NCBI RefSeq assembly: GCF_033153115.1
Contig: NW_026889832.1
Location: forward strand, 744,001 to 808,000
Reading direction: 5' to 3'
Source: Saccostrea echinata
Lineage: Eukaryota
Length of the DNA: 64,000 bases
The notes beneath the pieces were generated by a model. The model searched no databases. It was not told where the DNA came from and saw nothing but the letters and a program-made list of their open reading frames with translations. The translations under genes and the position numbers were made by a program. Positions 1-13,141 of the stretch are shown here, one piece after another. Position 1 is the stretch's first letter. Every line of letters begins with the position of its first letter.

Positions 1-203
1 CTAAAGTTAGGCCAAAATTTTACGTCTATTTATGGGTAAACACTTTTTTGAAAAGTAATTCTTCCAGAAGAGCACTTGATACTATATTATTATCTTCTTT
101 AGCATTGGTTATTTCGTATATTTCAAAAAAGTGTAACTCATCGTGAAACCAATTAATAGGATTTTATCATTGTGCTCGAAAACTTTTATTTACTCCACGT
201 TAC

Positions 204-550
204 ATGTGCAGATCCAGAGGTTAGGAGGTGCGGACCCCCCCCCCCCCCTCCCCACTGAAATTACGTAGATATTAAAATTACATAGAAAAGTGAAAAAAAA
301 AATAACCCTAACCCCCCTCCCATCTCGAAGAACGTGAACCCTTATTAAGTTTGTAGGATGGTAAGAATCATATTTAAAGAGTTTAAGGCGGGATGGGAAG
401 GAAGCCCCCCCCCCTCCCCCCCCCCAAACGAAAGAGGATTTTCAAGTTTTGAAAAAAAAACGATTTTTTTTTGCTTGTCAACAAGTTTCTCGGGGTCATT
501 TTTTCGACTGGCATGCCCCCTCCCTCCCTGGGTCATAGATCCGCGCCTGC
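204..550. mobile_element. Degenerate GC-run-rich MITE(s) with GCGCGGATC...GATCCGCGCCTG-type ends
   Basis: ATGTGCAGATCCAG at ~204 and AGATCCGCGCCTG at 538-550 flank poly-C runs. A related copy lies at 49051-49256. Confidence 0.5.
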
Positions 551-1380
551 GTCCAGAATAAGTTGTAAACCTCCAAAAGACGCGAAAAGAGTTCCGGGCG
601 AAAATATTTGAAGGTCATAATGAAAGTCACAATATATCTTGATGCTAGAAACCAATAAAGAAGAATTTTACCTTGAAACGACGAAAATCAATCGAAACTG
701 CATTCTTATTTCATTTTTTTTGGTATCAAATTGGTATCAGATACCAGCACACATACAGTGACAAATTCATTGTTAACGGAATGCCACTGGTAAGCTAAGG
801 ATGCAGAGCAATTTGTTGAATAGCCATTGTGTTTCCAGATGCAAATAACAAAATGTCTTTGTCTTAATGTTTTATTTGAATTCTGTTTTTGAGGATATAT
901 TAACTGCAGCAGTGTAATGGTGAGATGCAAATTGTGTTCAGAGTGTTGGATTAGCCATGAGCCAATCTTCGACCTGAAAATGTTTTTCAAATCAAATCTG
1001 GAAACGTTTCATTTTTATTTATTTTCTACCGAAATATTAACTACAGCAGTGTAGTGTTCATGATGCAAACTGTTTTCTGGGTGGAGGATTTAATATTAGA
1101 CTTACTTCTATCTGAAAATGAATTCTCCTCGGAGAAATGATTTTTTACCGAAATTTTAATCAAATGTGAAATTGTGTTATTTCAATTCATGTTTTGTGAA
1201 AATTAAGGTTTGAGTATTGAAATTATGTGCATTTTTCACGGATTTAAAAGATGAAAATCGAGTAGATGCTATGCAGACATTGTGTTCTGGATTAACCGCG
1301 TTCTTTTTTGTTATTTACATGTAAATTAAAAAGTATTTAATGTATTTGTTTTTGTTTCCCTCTTGAACACATTCCAAAGT

Positions 1381-1498
1381 TTACCTGTAACTCTCCATTC
1401 TGTTTGTTTTAACTGTCCATTCTTTTTTTTTTTTTTTTAAACTGTCCATTCTTAAAAGAATGGACAGTTTTCCAAAAGGAATGGACACTTACAGGTAA
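1381..1498. repeat. ~118-bp palindromic MITE-like hairpin
   Basis: TTACCTGTAA...TTACAGGTAA ends with internal AACTGTCCATTCTT/AAGAATGGACAGTT arms. Confidence 0.65.
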
Positions 1499-2233
1499 CT
1501 TAATGGATTGTTTGGGGAGTTAGCTCAACATTAAGCTATAGAATAGACAACACAAACAAGAGGTTTACGTCACAATCATGTTTTAATTTAATTTGGAACA
1601 CATTGTGTATTTTTGGAGTGGAATGGGGTGTTGAAATAGCCCATTTCCTTAAACAAAACCAAGTGATTCGTATCTATTTTGCCAACAAAGACCAAATACG
1701 TTGTGTTTTGGTTTAATATACCTGTAATGAAAAATTTCATCTGGCTGCTATCGTATCAAATTAAGCGAAATTTGAAAAAAAAAATAAATAAATAAATGAT
1801 ACCTTTAAAAATGAATTATGCCACAAAATAAGGCTGAATTAATAAACAATCGAAATTATGTACATGTCAATACACTGCAATTATGTTGTAATGTGTGTCT
1901 AAATACAAGTACCTATGTCTAACATTTCTCATGATTAAAACCCCTTTCCACATTTTTTAGCATTGAATTAACCCTATTTTATTGTATGCATGTAAAATTT
2001 AGGGTTATTTTAACCCAAATAATAAAAATGCAACATCCCTGACTGGACAATAGACAAGGTGTAATCCAAATTGTTCTATGATAAACTGAAATTTTGCAAA
2101 TTAATACCTGGTGTAGTATTTTTATTATTTATTGAATATTTGTGTTTTAAGCAAAATGGATGTCTTATAAAAATAGCACCTTCAGATATGTGAATGTTGT
2201 TTTGATATCCGGTTTAATTACGTTACAGCTGAA

Positions 2234-3100
2234 GATGAGATATCAGAAATGTTTTTCTTTTCATTCGGCTTAGTATAAAATGTGGAGGATGGAGGCTCCA
2301 AAATGGAGTGTCAAAGAGTATAAGGGGTGGAGCCTCATGAGCCAGATGATTAAAGAGGTGGAATATCTCGTTACAAGCTTATTAGATCTGTCATCTCAAT
2401 TTCCAGTATTCCATGAAACTTTGTTGGAGTGTCACGTTATCCAAATAATTAAAAAAAATATATTCCTTTGAAGTAGCTATAGATTGCATGAATCTATTTT
2501 ATCCCGAACTTCAGTTCTGTGTAGACCATTTGACAATGTCTTAAAAAATGCATGTATGTTAAGGAGAACTTAAGAAATAGAAATTAGTGAAACAATTATT
2601 GATTCTTACAATCAACTTGTACGGGGAACAACTCTGCTTTTGATTATTTTTTAAGATAATGGAGACTAAATAAATCAGAAACAGCATCAAAATTATCCTT
2701 TGGTGAATTGTTGTCATTTTTTCCTCAAAGAACGAGAAACGATCGAAAAACAACAAAATGAGATTCCGTCAAAAAATGACTTTTGATATCATGAAGAAAA
2801 TGGGATGTATTGCTTGTGCTTTAAATTCAAATTTTGTCAGATAACAAATGCTGATTGCAATGGAAACTGCGTTAAGATTTTTGTCCCACGCTGCTATCCC
2901 AGTAACCCTTGAAATCATGACAGATTTAATTATGTTTTAAGGTCTTAAACTGAATGACAGATAAAATAAGCAAATGTGTTGAAATTGACATAAGAGGTTC
3001 CAACCTCGCATTGTGCTAACTCCATTTTGGAGCCTCCATCCTCCCCATTTTACACCAAGCCTTTTCATTCCTATGACACTATTTGTCCGCATCTCCAAGT
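2234..3100. mobile_element. Degenerate TIR (DNA transposon-derived) element, ends approximate
   Basis: GGAGGATGGAGGCTCCAAAATGGAGT (~2284) has its reverse complement ACTCCATTTTGGAGCCTCCATCCTCC at ~3019, with weaker similarity extending outward. Confidence 0.55.
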
Positions 3101-3362
3101 AAGGTTCACATAAATATCTCAGTACATTTGCATGCAAATACATTTATATTTTGAGACATTCATCACAACAATGCTTCTTCCTTGTTATTGCTAGGCGTCA
3201 AGTGTCGATCAATCTTCTTTTTTAATAAAATATTTTTTTTATAGAAATTATTCAAAAATATATACTGGGGATACTTCTTTTTATTTAAAAATAATCAATT
3301 ATAGCTTTTCAAAGAATTTTGACACATAGATGTTTCCTGGTCTTTACATGCATAAAACCTGT

Positions 3363-4275
3363 TTTTAGCTCTACTGATCAGAGACCAGAAGAGCTTATGC
3401 GATAGTAAGGTGTCCGTCGTCCGTCCGTCTAGCTGTCTGTCCGTCTGTCTGTCTGTAAACATTTTTTTTTTTAAATGCTACTCCTCCTACAGTTTTGGTC
3501 TGATTTCAATATAACTTGGCACAGAAGTAGACTACTCTAAGATACATAATTCTGGATATCGATTTTTGATTTCGATAAACAGTGTTGCCATAGTTACAAA
3601 AAAAAAATTAGATTTCTTTAATATACTTTCAAAACATTACATCGCCTACAGCTTTGGTCTGGTTTTAATATAACTTGGCACACAAGTAGACTACACTAAG
3701 ATACATCATTCTGTGTATCGGTTTTTGATCTTGGTGAACGGTGTTGCCATGGTTTCTAAAAATAGAAATTTCTTTGAAATACATTCAAAATCCTACTCCT
3801 CCTACAGTTTTCACCTGATTTCAATATAACTTGGCACACGAGTAGATTACACCGAGATACATAATTCTTTATATCAATTTCTTGATTTTGAGCAAGTGTT
3901 GCCATAGTTACAAAAAAATTGAATTTCTTTGATATACTTTCAAAACATTACATCACCTACAGTTTGGTCTGATTTTAATATAACATGACATGCAAGTAGA
4001 CTACACTGAGATACATAATTGTCTTAATTCTTTTTATTTAATTGAATAATGTTACCATAGTAACAAAAATCAAAATTTCTCTAATCTTTTTTAAAGGCTA
4101 CTCCTTCTACAGTTTTAGTCTGATTGCAATTCATCTTGCCACTAAAAGAGAGTAAAACAAGGATTACTATTTATTTATTGCTCTTGCAGTTTCACGTCCA
4201 AGTGCTACTTTTCTCTTCCTGAAATATTATGAGTACAAACTAATAGAGCTACAGTCTCGACAGAGACTTCTATTT
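3363..4275 (+). mobile_element. Non-autonomous Helentron-like element (HINE) with ~5 internal ~157-bp repeats
   Basis: 5' TTTTAGCTCTACT subterminal IR, then a (GTCC/GTCT)n microsatellite. Tandem units start near 3477, 3640, 3793, 3950 and 4098. The 3' end has TAGAGCTA plus hairpin AGTCTCGACAGAGACT. Confidence 0.85.
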
Positions 4276-5403
4276 ATTTACAGTTTCAGGCTAGTAATAT
4301 ATTTTATGAAACTAGTAAATAGCCAGTAATAGACAATCTTTCACTTATTTTATGTTGACGATCACGTAGAGCGTTTAACTTTACAAGAGACCCAGTAAAG
4401 ACAACTCTCAGTTTAGTAATTTTAGCCCTGCTGTTCGTAATATTTAAAAAAAAGAAGATATTTTACAGTTTGCAAACGGCCGTACGGACAGTTAGACGGT
4501 GGGACGATGGACAATTGGTCATAAAAAAAAAATCACTTTGTATTTCAATTCAGCTTAGCTCAAATTTTAAAGCTATGCACATGTATCTAACCGTTCATGT
4601 GAAAATTGTTTTGAACTTAACTAGGTGGATATTCAACGAATAAAGGTAAAAGGTGAAAAAAACGAATAGTGATGAATCTCATAGATACATTGTACAAAAC
4701 GAATCACGAACAGGGCAAAACGGACCTCTGAAAACATCAGTGGTGGGATTAGGTGCTTTCACTGTCGATCAGTCACACCGATATTAGCCCTATCAGACAG
4801 ACTGATCAGGCAGACGTAGTACTCTTTAGTAAAATTTAGTATAAAAGCATTGACCTTTATTTGAAACTTATGAATGAAAGATAAGAGTATGCATCTAGAA
4901 AACTATGTATTATCATTTTTGCAGTAAACTACAATTTTTAAGATTCAAAACAAAAGAAACTATAAGGTCTATGGACTACAAGGCTCACCTGAGTCATAAT
5001 TGCTATGATCTTCATTAGCAGACATTTTACCTGATGCAGCTAAATATTAATATGAAAAAACCTCGATTACGAAGTATGCTCCCACTACATCCCGGAGGTC
5101 ATGATTTGAACAAAATAAAATTCTCCTTTTCCTGAGAATTTTTTTTTCAGTATAAATATGATAAATAATGACTTCGCTGTTTATTGGAGGAAAATTCTTT
5201 AAAAAGTTTACGTAGTATATATTCCTATGTAAAATTTCGAACATGTATTATGTCCCCTCAATACTCCATCTGAGGATGCGTCCATATCAATATACATGTA
5301 ACTAACCAGACCTCTACCGTTTACGAAAAGATATTTTTAAGATTGTTATGTATATTCCAATGTAAAATTTTGATCACCGAGTGTGGCCTACCACTACATT
5401 CGA

Positions 5404-5731
5404 CTGATTGATTGTATGTTGTTTTACGTCCCATTCGAGAATTTTTCACTCACTATATACCGGTGAAGGGTTTCAAATTTTGACCTGTACTCGGCACTCA
5501 GAGCCATATAGCAATGAGGGGACCTTTATCATGCCAACGTCTGCCGTGATATGGGGCCTCGGTTTTTAAGGTCTCATCCGAAGGACCCACAACTTTCACT
5601 TCAAAGTGTCGAGCGCATGGAGAAGGAACAGTTGCTACCCATTTTTTATCGACTTAGGTCGGCTGAGATTCGAACTCACGACCTTCCGATCACGGAGCGA
5701 GCGCTCTACCAACTAAGCTACCGTGAACGGT
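5404..5731 (-). mobile_element. tRNA-derived SINE (Meta-domain-like core, CAAT tail)
   Basis: Minus-strand head GGTAGCTTAGTTGGTAGAGC (A box) ... GAGTTCGAATC (B box) and a (CAAT)n tail. Paralogs at 16375 and 37793. Confidence 0.85.
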
Positions 5732-5789
5732 TTCTACTTTCGGTGATCAAAATTTAAACTAGATAGAATCTACACTACTTGCGCATGCT

Positions 5790-6033
5790 TCTACGTTGAT
5801 AAGTGTTTAACTTATGGCTTTTGTTTTTTAAAGATTGATTCGGATGGGACGTTGTAAACGAAGGTTCCGTGTCGCAGTAGGTGCAGACACGAAAAAAGAT
5901 CCCTAACTGCTCAAAAGGCCGTAATTGTTGTTTACAGGTCTTAATTTGCAGCTCTCTACTAGCTAGTGGTAACATCTCAAAATGTGTGAAAAATTCTCGA
6001 AGGTACGTAAAATCTACAAACAAACAACAAACG
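5790..6033 (+). mobile_element. 5'-degenerate SINE copy (same subfamily as 10249-10542)
   Basis: CCGTGTCGCAGTAGGTG...CACGAAAAAAGATCCCTAACTGCTCAA core and AAACAACAAAC tail. Confidence 0.65.
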
Positions 6034-8743
6034 CAAAAAGTAATTGATTTGATTTCCCTCTCTAGTATTACATTCATTGCCCTTTGTTGCCCTTCCCTAC
6101 GCCTAGGGTTCATGATTTGAACACACTTGAATCTATACTACTTGAGGATGCTTTCAAATAAATGTAACTGATCATGGCTTTGCTGTTCCAGAAAAGAATA
6201 TTTTTAAAATGTTTTCCTCAACAGCTCAAAAAAATTCAAACTAAAATGCTATTTTGATTTAATTTAATGCATATTTTGAAAATAAATATATTGCTACTAA
6301 GTATAAGGCGAAAAATTCGTGATAAATTTTGCAATTCAATTTGAGTTTTGTTATTTTTAATCGAGGTTTCTTTCAAATACTACATTGATCCTCTTCTTGA
6401 CCAAATAACAGCCTTTATTTTATTAGGAATATAAAGAACTAAGTTTTCTCAGACATTATTCTGCAATTGAGGTAGAATGCCTTCTTTATTTTTTTTAATT
6501 AATAAGTTATTGTCAGTGTCAGTAGGATCCATTCTCCTTTATTTTACCCTAAATGTTTTGTGTTTGAATCAGGAGTATTCCAAGAAAACGAAGGTATAGA
6601 AAATAAACTTCATCTGAAAAAATCCCGTGCGTTCTAGGGTTATAGCATCCTACTAAATTATTCATATACGAATCTTTCTCTGGGATGTAGTTAACAAGTA
6701 CAAAACATAACTAGCATCTTTCTGTATCTCCTGATGATGAGCACAAGGCAGTTTCTCGAGCACACTTGAGTTTTCAGCTCAGGAGACCTAAAAGGGATTT
6801 TTTTTTCAAAAAATAAATTATCTTTGAAATTGGATAAGAGTAAAAGTGATACATAAGACTAAAATGAATTTATCTTATGATTTTATTTTCCGGCCGAGTA
6901 AGTTTTGAGAGATACATGTATTCAACTTTAAAAAAAATGGTTTCTGGAAAATGCGAATCCCATCGATGGTCAGAAAATCATATTCTTTTTAATTTAATTA
7001 TTGCTTTTTAGAATTGCTCTCTGAATGATTCGGAGCACAGTTAGTTACACATAGACTTATATGGAAAATTGATACACATGTATTAGTGTCTTACCTTTTT
7101 CAATCAAAACTTATTGATAAAAAAAACCTTCATGTGTGTTAAAGTAATATCTATACTAAATATACATTGTACATAAGGAATGAGAGTTGTAAAGATTCTC
7201 AAAAGTAATTAACTGGTGAAGTCATATTCTTAAAATACTCTTGATCTGTAATGAAAAGGTGCAAACAAAACAAATATCATCTAACTCAAATATACTTAGG
7301 AAATTGAATATTTAAATCAAATTTAACACGCTAAAAACTTTTTTAAAATAATTGATAACAGGTATATATAAGCTCGATGATTTGTGTCCAAATGAGACAA
7401 GAGAAAGAAATAAACCAAACAAAATTGCTTGTTGAAAATACTGGGTAGCGCGTTTCTATAATTAAAGAAAATACGTGAGAGAAAAGGCGAAATGCGAGTC
7501 GAAAGTCTACTTATGCTTAATGTACTTATATATCTAACTTCAAGTTGGGACATTTTTCTTCTTCCCCACAAAAGATATTTATGATTGATTAATTAGTATG
7601 ATGTTCTTTATGGTAGACGTCAAGTGCTTTTTGGGAATTGCAACGAATGTTGACACAGTTGCATAGCGCTTTTGTCAAATTAACATATCATTTTAAAATT
7701 GATAATAAATATATACATTGTACCGTCATTTTTTTTTTATTTTCCCACCATACATGTACCTTATACAATGTGTTCAAGAGTTTGTAAAGGAAAAGTTCTC
7801 CAGCGTGTCATAGCACACACAATTAGATTATAATTCGAAGCACTACATCGTCCTTTTGTAATACGATTCCACATGTAGTTGTGTACATTTTATTCAAGGA
7901 AAAACTGCTTTCAATAGGTGTACATGTATATACTGTATGTACTCGTACCTTTATCCAGGAACAGGAAATAAAAAGTTCAAAATGAAATATAAGTACTTCC
8001 TAAATTGATACCATCTATCAAAAAACACCTTCGAAACAAGTTCAAGCTGCAAGTACTAATCAAAATGTACAAATTCAACAGTATATTGTGTGCCTAGTCT
8101 TAATGAATGTTATAAAAGTCTAAATACATCAACTTCACAAAAGTGAACAAAGTTTAAGGGAAGGGATATATAAAAACGAATAAAATAAGTCCGTCATCCT
8201 GCCTGTCTAACTGTCTGAGATAATCATGTTAATTTATGGATGAATTCTAGAATATGCAAGATAAATGTAAAAAATCTTACAGGATCGCACATGGTGAAAC
8301 CATTATTTCGGACTACATAAACTTTCTATGATAATTGCTGTAGAAAAGGGGATAATTACTGTCATTGTAGATAATTTTGGTTGATATTTGAGTGCATTTT
8401 TCTACCTTGAAGAATGGGGAAGTGAACTCAACCTTGTATACTAACAGATATAGATAAATTTGATCCTTTTATACCAAGCAAAAAAGGCAATCCATATACT
8501 AGAAGGTCAAATTCAGAGTATGTATTGCATTTCACCGCCTCACAATTTTAAAATTTTTGGGAAGAGTTAATCAGAACGAGGGTCAAATTATATTTTAAAA
8601 TCTTTATTCATATTGTGTTCTTCATTTTCATTTAGTATTCTAGTGTATGAACTAATTGAAATGATCACTGCATACTAAGTTTTATTCTAAAGAAATTATC
8701 TATTTTTGTTTTTTTTGTTTTTTCTATAATCTGTAATCGCTAT

Positions 8744-9819
8744 CTATTGAAAAATGCATTTCCAAACTGCCAGGTCATCGTTGGTTCTCAGATTATGAAC
8801 ATTGATATTAAGTTTGTGTTTCATTTTTTTCCAACAATTTTCGATAATATTTAAATCAGGTCTTTGGGTTGGCCATTCAAGTGTTGTTATTCCCTCTCTA
8901 GTCACGAAATCTTTAACTACTCTTGAATCATAGAATGATTTCAAGGTATTTTTCGGCATTTATGTTACCATCAACAACTTATAAAGTACCTACACCTTAA
9001 GTTGTTATACATCCCCACACCATCAAATCTAGGCGGCGTCCAGGAGGGGGTGCAACACAAGGGGTTCTCCATTCTTCGCCGTGCTTCCTCCACACATACA
9101 CGCGTTATTCTCCGTCAATCATCACTTTACATTCATCACTAAATTTTATATTTTTCCAAAACCCATCGACTGTTTCGTGTCTGTATTGTTTACACCAATT
9201 AACTCTCTTTTTCTTGTTAAATTCACGAATCCGAAGTTTTTTTTTCTTTACAAGTCTTCTCCGGTATCCCCCTTTTCTCAATTTTTTTTTTCACGGTACT
9301 TTCCGACAGTCTTCTAAGTCCATTTTCATTGGTAACATTCGTTATTTCTATCAAGGTCTTTCGACGATTATTTTTCACAAGTCGGATAAGTTGTCTCTCT
9401 CCTTGGACACTACACTTACGCGGTCTGCCACTCCGATCCTTGTTTTCTGCACTTCCACGTCTTTGTCGTCGCTTTAAGAACTGCATATAGTAGATATGGG
9501 CCTTGCGGTTATCTCTGATATTTCCTTTAACTTTATATTACCTTTAGACAACGATAGAATGCTTTCTTTTCGGAGTCACAAAGTTCAGATCCTTTCCTGC
9601 CCATTTGTTTTGATACCGGGAACAAAACCTTTGCAGACGACAAAATAAGTCATAACAAAGCCATGTGACCTGTCTTGTGCTTTTGTATATTTGTACATGT
9701 ACGTAGTAAGAGGGATAACTCTAATTTGTGCATTAAGAACGACGCTGAAATAAGAATCGAACAGCCTCAGTGAAAAATCAGGCCGCCATTCTTTAACGAA
9801 TACTTTTGACTAAGACGTG
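8744..9819 (-). mobile_element. Tc1-like transposon relic with frameshifted transposase pseudogene (ATG ~9604)
   Basis: Fragments RSGRPRK (HTH linker) and LEWPTQRPDLNIIENCW (Tc1 WPxxSPDLNPIENxW motif). One TIR-like end, TA|CACGTCTTAGTCAAAAGTATTCG, at 9819; the other end was not found. Confidence 0.85.
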
Positions 9820-10008
9820 TATCTTAGGATAGTCTACTTGTGTGCCAAGTTATATTGAAATCAAACCAAAACGGTAGGAGAAGTAGCATTTTGAAAAATT
9901 GCTTACAGATAGACGGACAGCTAGACAGACAGAGAGACATCTACACAGACCACGGACACCTTACTATCGCATAAGCTCTTCTGGTCTCTGACCAATAGAG
10001 CTAAAAAA
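9820..10008 (-). mobile_element. 5' fragment of the same HINE family as 3363-4275
   Basis: Reverse complement matches 3363-3545 (TAGCTCTA, AGAGACCAGAAGAGCTTATGCGATAGTAAGGTGTCCG, microsatellite, first repeat). It is cut at the Tc1 TA. Confidence 0.85.
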
Positions 10009-10248
10009 TTCAGTATTCGGCAGAAAATATAATTTTCATCGGGTTAATTGGAAACTTTCTACTAAAACCAACATGATGTGCTGTATTTGCACAAAATTAA
10101 AAATAAACAATGGGAAAAAACAGCTTAATTTAGCGTTTTTAAACAATTATTTAACTATTTATTTATATTTATTTATTTATTTATATTATTTAATTATTAA
10201 AAAAACAAAAACTCATCAAGCAACCTACATACAATTAACAAAAATGGA

Positions 10249-10542
10249 GTCGCCCGCGTGGCGCAGTGGTAAGAGCATCTGCTCTAGAGTCGCGAAAGAG
10301 TTGATCCTTAGGTCTCGGGTTCGTACCTCACTGTGGGATGTGGGGACCAGTCCTTCAGATGAGACCGTATAAATCTTGGTCACGTGTCGCAGTGGGTGCT
10401 GGCACGAAAAAGATCCCTCACTGCTCAATGGCCCCGAGTCCCGAGCATGCATAGGTCAAAATTTGCAGCTCTCCACCGGCAAGTGGTGGTGTCGCCACAT
10501 GAGTGAGAAATGCTCGAGAGGGACATTAAACAACAAACAAAA
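10249..10542 (+). mobile_element. tRNA-derived SINE with a different head and the same Meta-like core
   Basis: TGGCGCAGTGG A box, GGGTTCGTACC B box, core GCACGAAAAAGATCCCTCACTGCTCAATGGCCC, and (AAAC)n tail. Confidence 0.8.
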
Positions 10543-12024
10543 ACGGTGAAAATTGTTTCTTTAACCCAAGGTTGAGGGGAAATTAATATCGACATTCTCA
10601 TACATCGTGTTTGATCTGTGATAATTGAAGTTGTGTCGGTACTATTTGTATCAGTTCTATTTCGTCTGTCATGGGTGTAAACCAAAAAATTGAGCACACA
10701 TGACTAAAACAGCCACACTACATGCTTCTCTGTGAGGATGAGGAGTTCAATTACACTGGAAGGCTTTCGACGTCCGACTGGAACATCTGTAGAATTCTCT
10801 GGAACAGAAGCAGTACAGTTTACAATTAGTCTGCTTACTGTGCCTTGTTAACAAACGCAGTAGTTTGGTTATTTAAAGTAAGCATAATTTGAAACAGCTT
10901 GCCTGTAATGTACATGCAAAAAATGAGAGAAAGAGGTGTTGTTTTTGTTTAAAAATTTTAATAAATAATTTTTTTTTAAGTTCATTTTTTTGAAGGGGTA
11001 CCAAGTCCCTAAAAGTATTTTTTGGATCTACAGGTAAGAGGTGTTCACAATTTTTGAGAGTCAAATTAATTGCTCATTATATTTCTGATAAATATTCAAT
11101 TATGCTGCAGAACTACATCGACATAAAACTACATGACACAGAATGACTTAAGTAAAAAAAAAATGGAGAAAAAAAAACCGTAAGATGAAGAAAAATTGTT
11201 CAATCATGGTGAAAATACCAGGTGCATATCTTTATATGGTGTCTAATGCGTTTTAAAAAAACTTCAAATAATTCCATACAGTAGCCTCCAAGAATAGGTC
11301 CGGAAAAAAATCATGTCTACAGACAGACGGACTTTGTTTGCGGGGGTATAAAAATAATAATATAATCACTACTTTTTTCAGACTTCTATAAATAGTATTG
11401 TCACAGTCACTTAAAAGAACGTTTGAAGACAGTCCTCTTTCAATTTTTATTTCATTTTTGTAACACCCGCGTAAATTTCATATACATACATGTACATGCA
11501 TATAAAGTGGTTCTAGAGAAGTCAAAAGGTAAAAAATTATAACATGCTAACATCCAGACAGTCATGAGGAACCAATAGAAAGTTATTTGCAATTAAGTTT
11601 GGAGGAAACAAAACTCTTACAATGTAAATACTGCGCATATTTGTCGTAATTATTATTTTGTTGAATACGTTTTTATCATATTTGAAGTATTACTAAATAT
11701 TTTGAACTGTTTTCCAAGGTCATTAAGTACGTGTTTGAAAAATAAATTGGTATGCATCAACAATTAAAATTGTCGTTTCTTCCTTTATTTGTTTTCATGC
11801 TTACATGTATATTCAATGCAAAAAACATTATTCAAACTTCACAACATCAAACGATTTTTTTTAATTTAATAATTAACGTACAAATAAGCCATGTTACATA
11901 CACTCAGGTATTTAGAAGCATGAATAAAAATTGCATGTATAACTTATTAAAATTGTATTATTTCTCTACAATTTGTTAGATGTACAAGTATGTTTAGAAG
12001 CGTAGATTAACTCTACAACAGCAA

Positions 12025-12625
12025 TAGCTTATCAAAAATGTTTTATTCCCTACAAAAAATGTACAAAACCATAAATAAACCTAAAACAACACAACTTATG
12101 AAAAATGGATTATTCCCTAAAACAAATGTACAAAACCAAAGATAAACCTTATGTTTTAACATCACAACTTATCAAAAATGCATTATTCCCTACAAAAAAT
12201 GTCACAACCATAGATAAACCTAACACGTTTTAACATCATAACTTATCAAAAATGTATTATTCCCTACAAAAATGTCACAACCATAGATAAACCTAACGTT
12301 TTAACATAACTTATCAAAAATGTATTATTCCCTACAAAAAAATGTCGCCACCATAGATCCTAACGTTTTAACATCATAACTTATCAAAAATGCATTATTC
12401 CCTACAAAAAATGTCACAACCATAGATAAACCTAACACGTTTTAACATCATAACTTATCAAAAATGTATTATTCAGATTTCCCTACAAAAATTGTCACAA
12501 CCATAGATAAACCTAACGTTTTTACAGTACAACTTATCAAAAATGTATTATTCCCTACAAAAAATGTGCACAACCATGGATAAACCTAACGTTATAACAT
12601 TAACAGCTTACCAAAATTTCATCAT
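12025..12625 (+). repeat. Minisatellite, ~60-bp unit, ~10 copies
   Basis: Repeated AACTTATCAAAAATGTATTATTCCCTACAAAAAATGTCACAACCATAGATAAACCTAACGTTTTAACATCAT. Confidence 0.9.
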
Positions 12626-13141
12626 TTGCTTACAAAAAAAAAAACATATTACATGTTTTTAAGAAACAAGGTATCATTTTAAAACTTTTATTGGTATGTA
12701 AATACGGCTTTGTTACGGGATTTATATATCCATTTGATCACGTGAAAAACCTGTATTTACATCCCAATAAAAGTTTAGAAACGATTTGTGTCTGATTGAT
12801 AACAAATAAATGGGTGCTATAGTTTTAATCCCATGAACGATTTTTTTTCAAACTACAACAGTTTAAATTGAATGATTGAATGTGTTAAACATGTTGACCA
12901 CTTATGACATCACTATGAATTTACGTCGGTCGTTTATGACTTAACAATGAATTTATGGTCATGTGACGAACCCATTTATACACAGGCTTAAATACGCCCC
13001 ATTCAAACAGTGCTATATAGGGGAACCCATTTGCAAATGCAAATATATACATATAAAGCATAGATCTTTCAAAATTGCATTATGTTCCTACAAGTTAACA
13101 ACACCAAACGTAAATGTGTAATCATTGCAAAATTCATTAAT

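Larger units (their letters stand above)
4950..6793 (-). mobile_element. Old degenerate HINE (Cg170/pearl-like repeats) interrupted by SINE insertions
   Basis: GCTCACCTGAG near 4983, remnants of the CATGATTTGAACAAACTTGAATCTACACTACCTGAGGATGC unit at ~5100, 5770 and 6110, and terminal CACTTGAGTTTTCAGCTCAGGAGACCTAAAA near 6763-6793. Confidence 0.5.

Noticed and set aside
895-1300. Weak ~138-bp repeat (TAACT.CAGCAGTGTA.TG...GATGCAAA.TGT)
   Set aside because: Only two to three highly degenerate units, too little to interpret.
5655-5731. tRNA genes at SINE heads (also 10249, 16375, 37793)
   Set aside because: They have A/B boxes but no clean cloverleaf, and each continues into a shared SINE core and tail.
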